Source: Daphnia carinata (lineage: Eukaryota). From it: a DNA stretch of 64,000 nucleotides. The stretch is from the NCBI RefSeq assembly GCF_022539665.2, contig NC_081333.1, forward strand, positions 13,082,001 through 13,146,000, in the 5' to 3' direction. Of this stretch, positions 62,950-64,000 are shown piece after piece; the first letter of the stretch is position 1, and every line of letters starts with the position of its first letter. The notes under the pieces were generated by a model. That model worked only from the letters and a program-made list of their open reading frames with translations. It made no database searches and had not been told where the DNA came from. The translations under genes were made by a program, and so were the position numbers.

Positions 62950-64000
62950 TTGTGGTGCAATAGACAGGGAGCAATCTTACCAAGTGAATGACAACTGGCT
63001 GATATGCCCAAGCTTATTTTGAAACAAAACACACAAATGTTCGGGAAACAAGTCGAACCAAAAAGCTTTTCTATTATCTGGCTGCACTTGACTTGAGGTA
63101 AACAGCTTATCAATAGAAACTGCTGAACGTGCACTAAAACTGACGAAACAATGCGTCGTAACTCGAAGCAAACGTCAAGTTTGTTTGCTTCAGCTAAAAA
63201 CACCAACTCTCCCCGTGAGATGGAGAAAGTGAGATAAATCGCTTTCTGATATTTAAGATTTAGTAATATTGGTCATTATGGCCAATAAGCCAGAAAAATG
63301 CGAGAATAGAGTAAGCATTAAAGGTCGATGATTTTGAATGAGCTAACACTGCTATACCTGAATGTCATCACTAATAAATTGTATTCAATTCGAATGCGGC
63401 CGAAAAGAATAACTGAATGACGTTTACAGAAGAAGTTTTTTTTATTAGCGACTTCACCGGTGCCCCGCCTTGAATGACATTTTTAATAAACTTGCCACGC
63501 TAGTTGTTCTCGATCTTCAACAGCTGTGTCTAAGGTAATCAGTTTTATTTGTACCGCATAGAAAGAGAGGGCAGACTGATGTTCACTTGTGCCAAGCCGA
63601 TGGTACAATTTGTACGCGGCTTTTAGTACGCATATTTTTAACGGGCTCAGCTAAACATTCGTAATTTTAAATTGTTTGGTTGTTTTACCTTCTAACTGAC
63701 CTCGCTAACAGCGCAAATAAATATAATTTAATAAATATAATTGTCGTCATAGAAATGACGTACTATATATTCATAATATATTTAGATAAAAAGAAAAGAA
63801 GGGGGAAAGGCTTCAGAAAAGATAATGAGAAATAATGCGATAAGGTATACGTGTCGAAAGCGAACAGTGCAGGGCGCGATTAGTAAAGCTCTATGATAAA
63901 ACATTTTATACGCAGAAACCATTGAAAGAAGCAATTGGAAAGGGACTATAAGCAAATTATTAATTCGATGCAACTCATTTGACAAGCTCTCGTCAACGAG
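62950..64000 (+). repeat. Kinase-ankyrin upstream region; the next gene copy is expected just beyond the window
   Basis: Inverted homolog of 26680-27765, and matches upstream of KA3/KA4 (gataaggtatacgtgtcgaaag..aacagtgcag). Confidence 0.85.

Overview
Eukaryotic, compact arthropod DNA. Introns are mostly 60-80 nt, and the gene families point to a Daphnia-like crustacean (inference). The left part holds an LRP3/10/12-like receptor (CUB-LDLa-TM), morgue (zinc finger + F-box + Gly-substituted E2 variant), two tandem-duplicated secreted BRICHOS-like preproproteins and a C8orf37/CFAP418 homolog. The BRICHOS-like proteins carry a furin site, a ~75-aa beta-rich repeat, long Gln/Glu-rich tracts and a Cys-rich tail. 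From ~21.5 kb onward is a dynamic duplicated cluster around a sulfite oxidase gene cut by a 100-N gap. It has four IRE1-like kinase + ankyrin-array genes (15, 11, 9 and 11 units of 111 bp; one on -, three on +). The three + copies alternate with ecdysteroid-kinase-like (EcKL) genes (three intact, one pseudogene, two fragments) and a shared ~2 kb non-coding flank. Flank homology predicts further kinase-ankyrin copies in the gap and just past the window end. Most interesting: (i) the ankyrin units have a near-invariant scaffold with variation concentrated at DARPin-like binding positions, a candidate variable-receptor kinase repertoire co-amplified with EcKLs; (ii) the BRICHOS/Gln-rich secreted pair; (iii) a 477-bp MITE with 8-bp TSD carrying a tRNA-like Pol III unit. 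All calls are by eye; no database searches were run.
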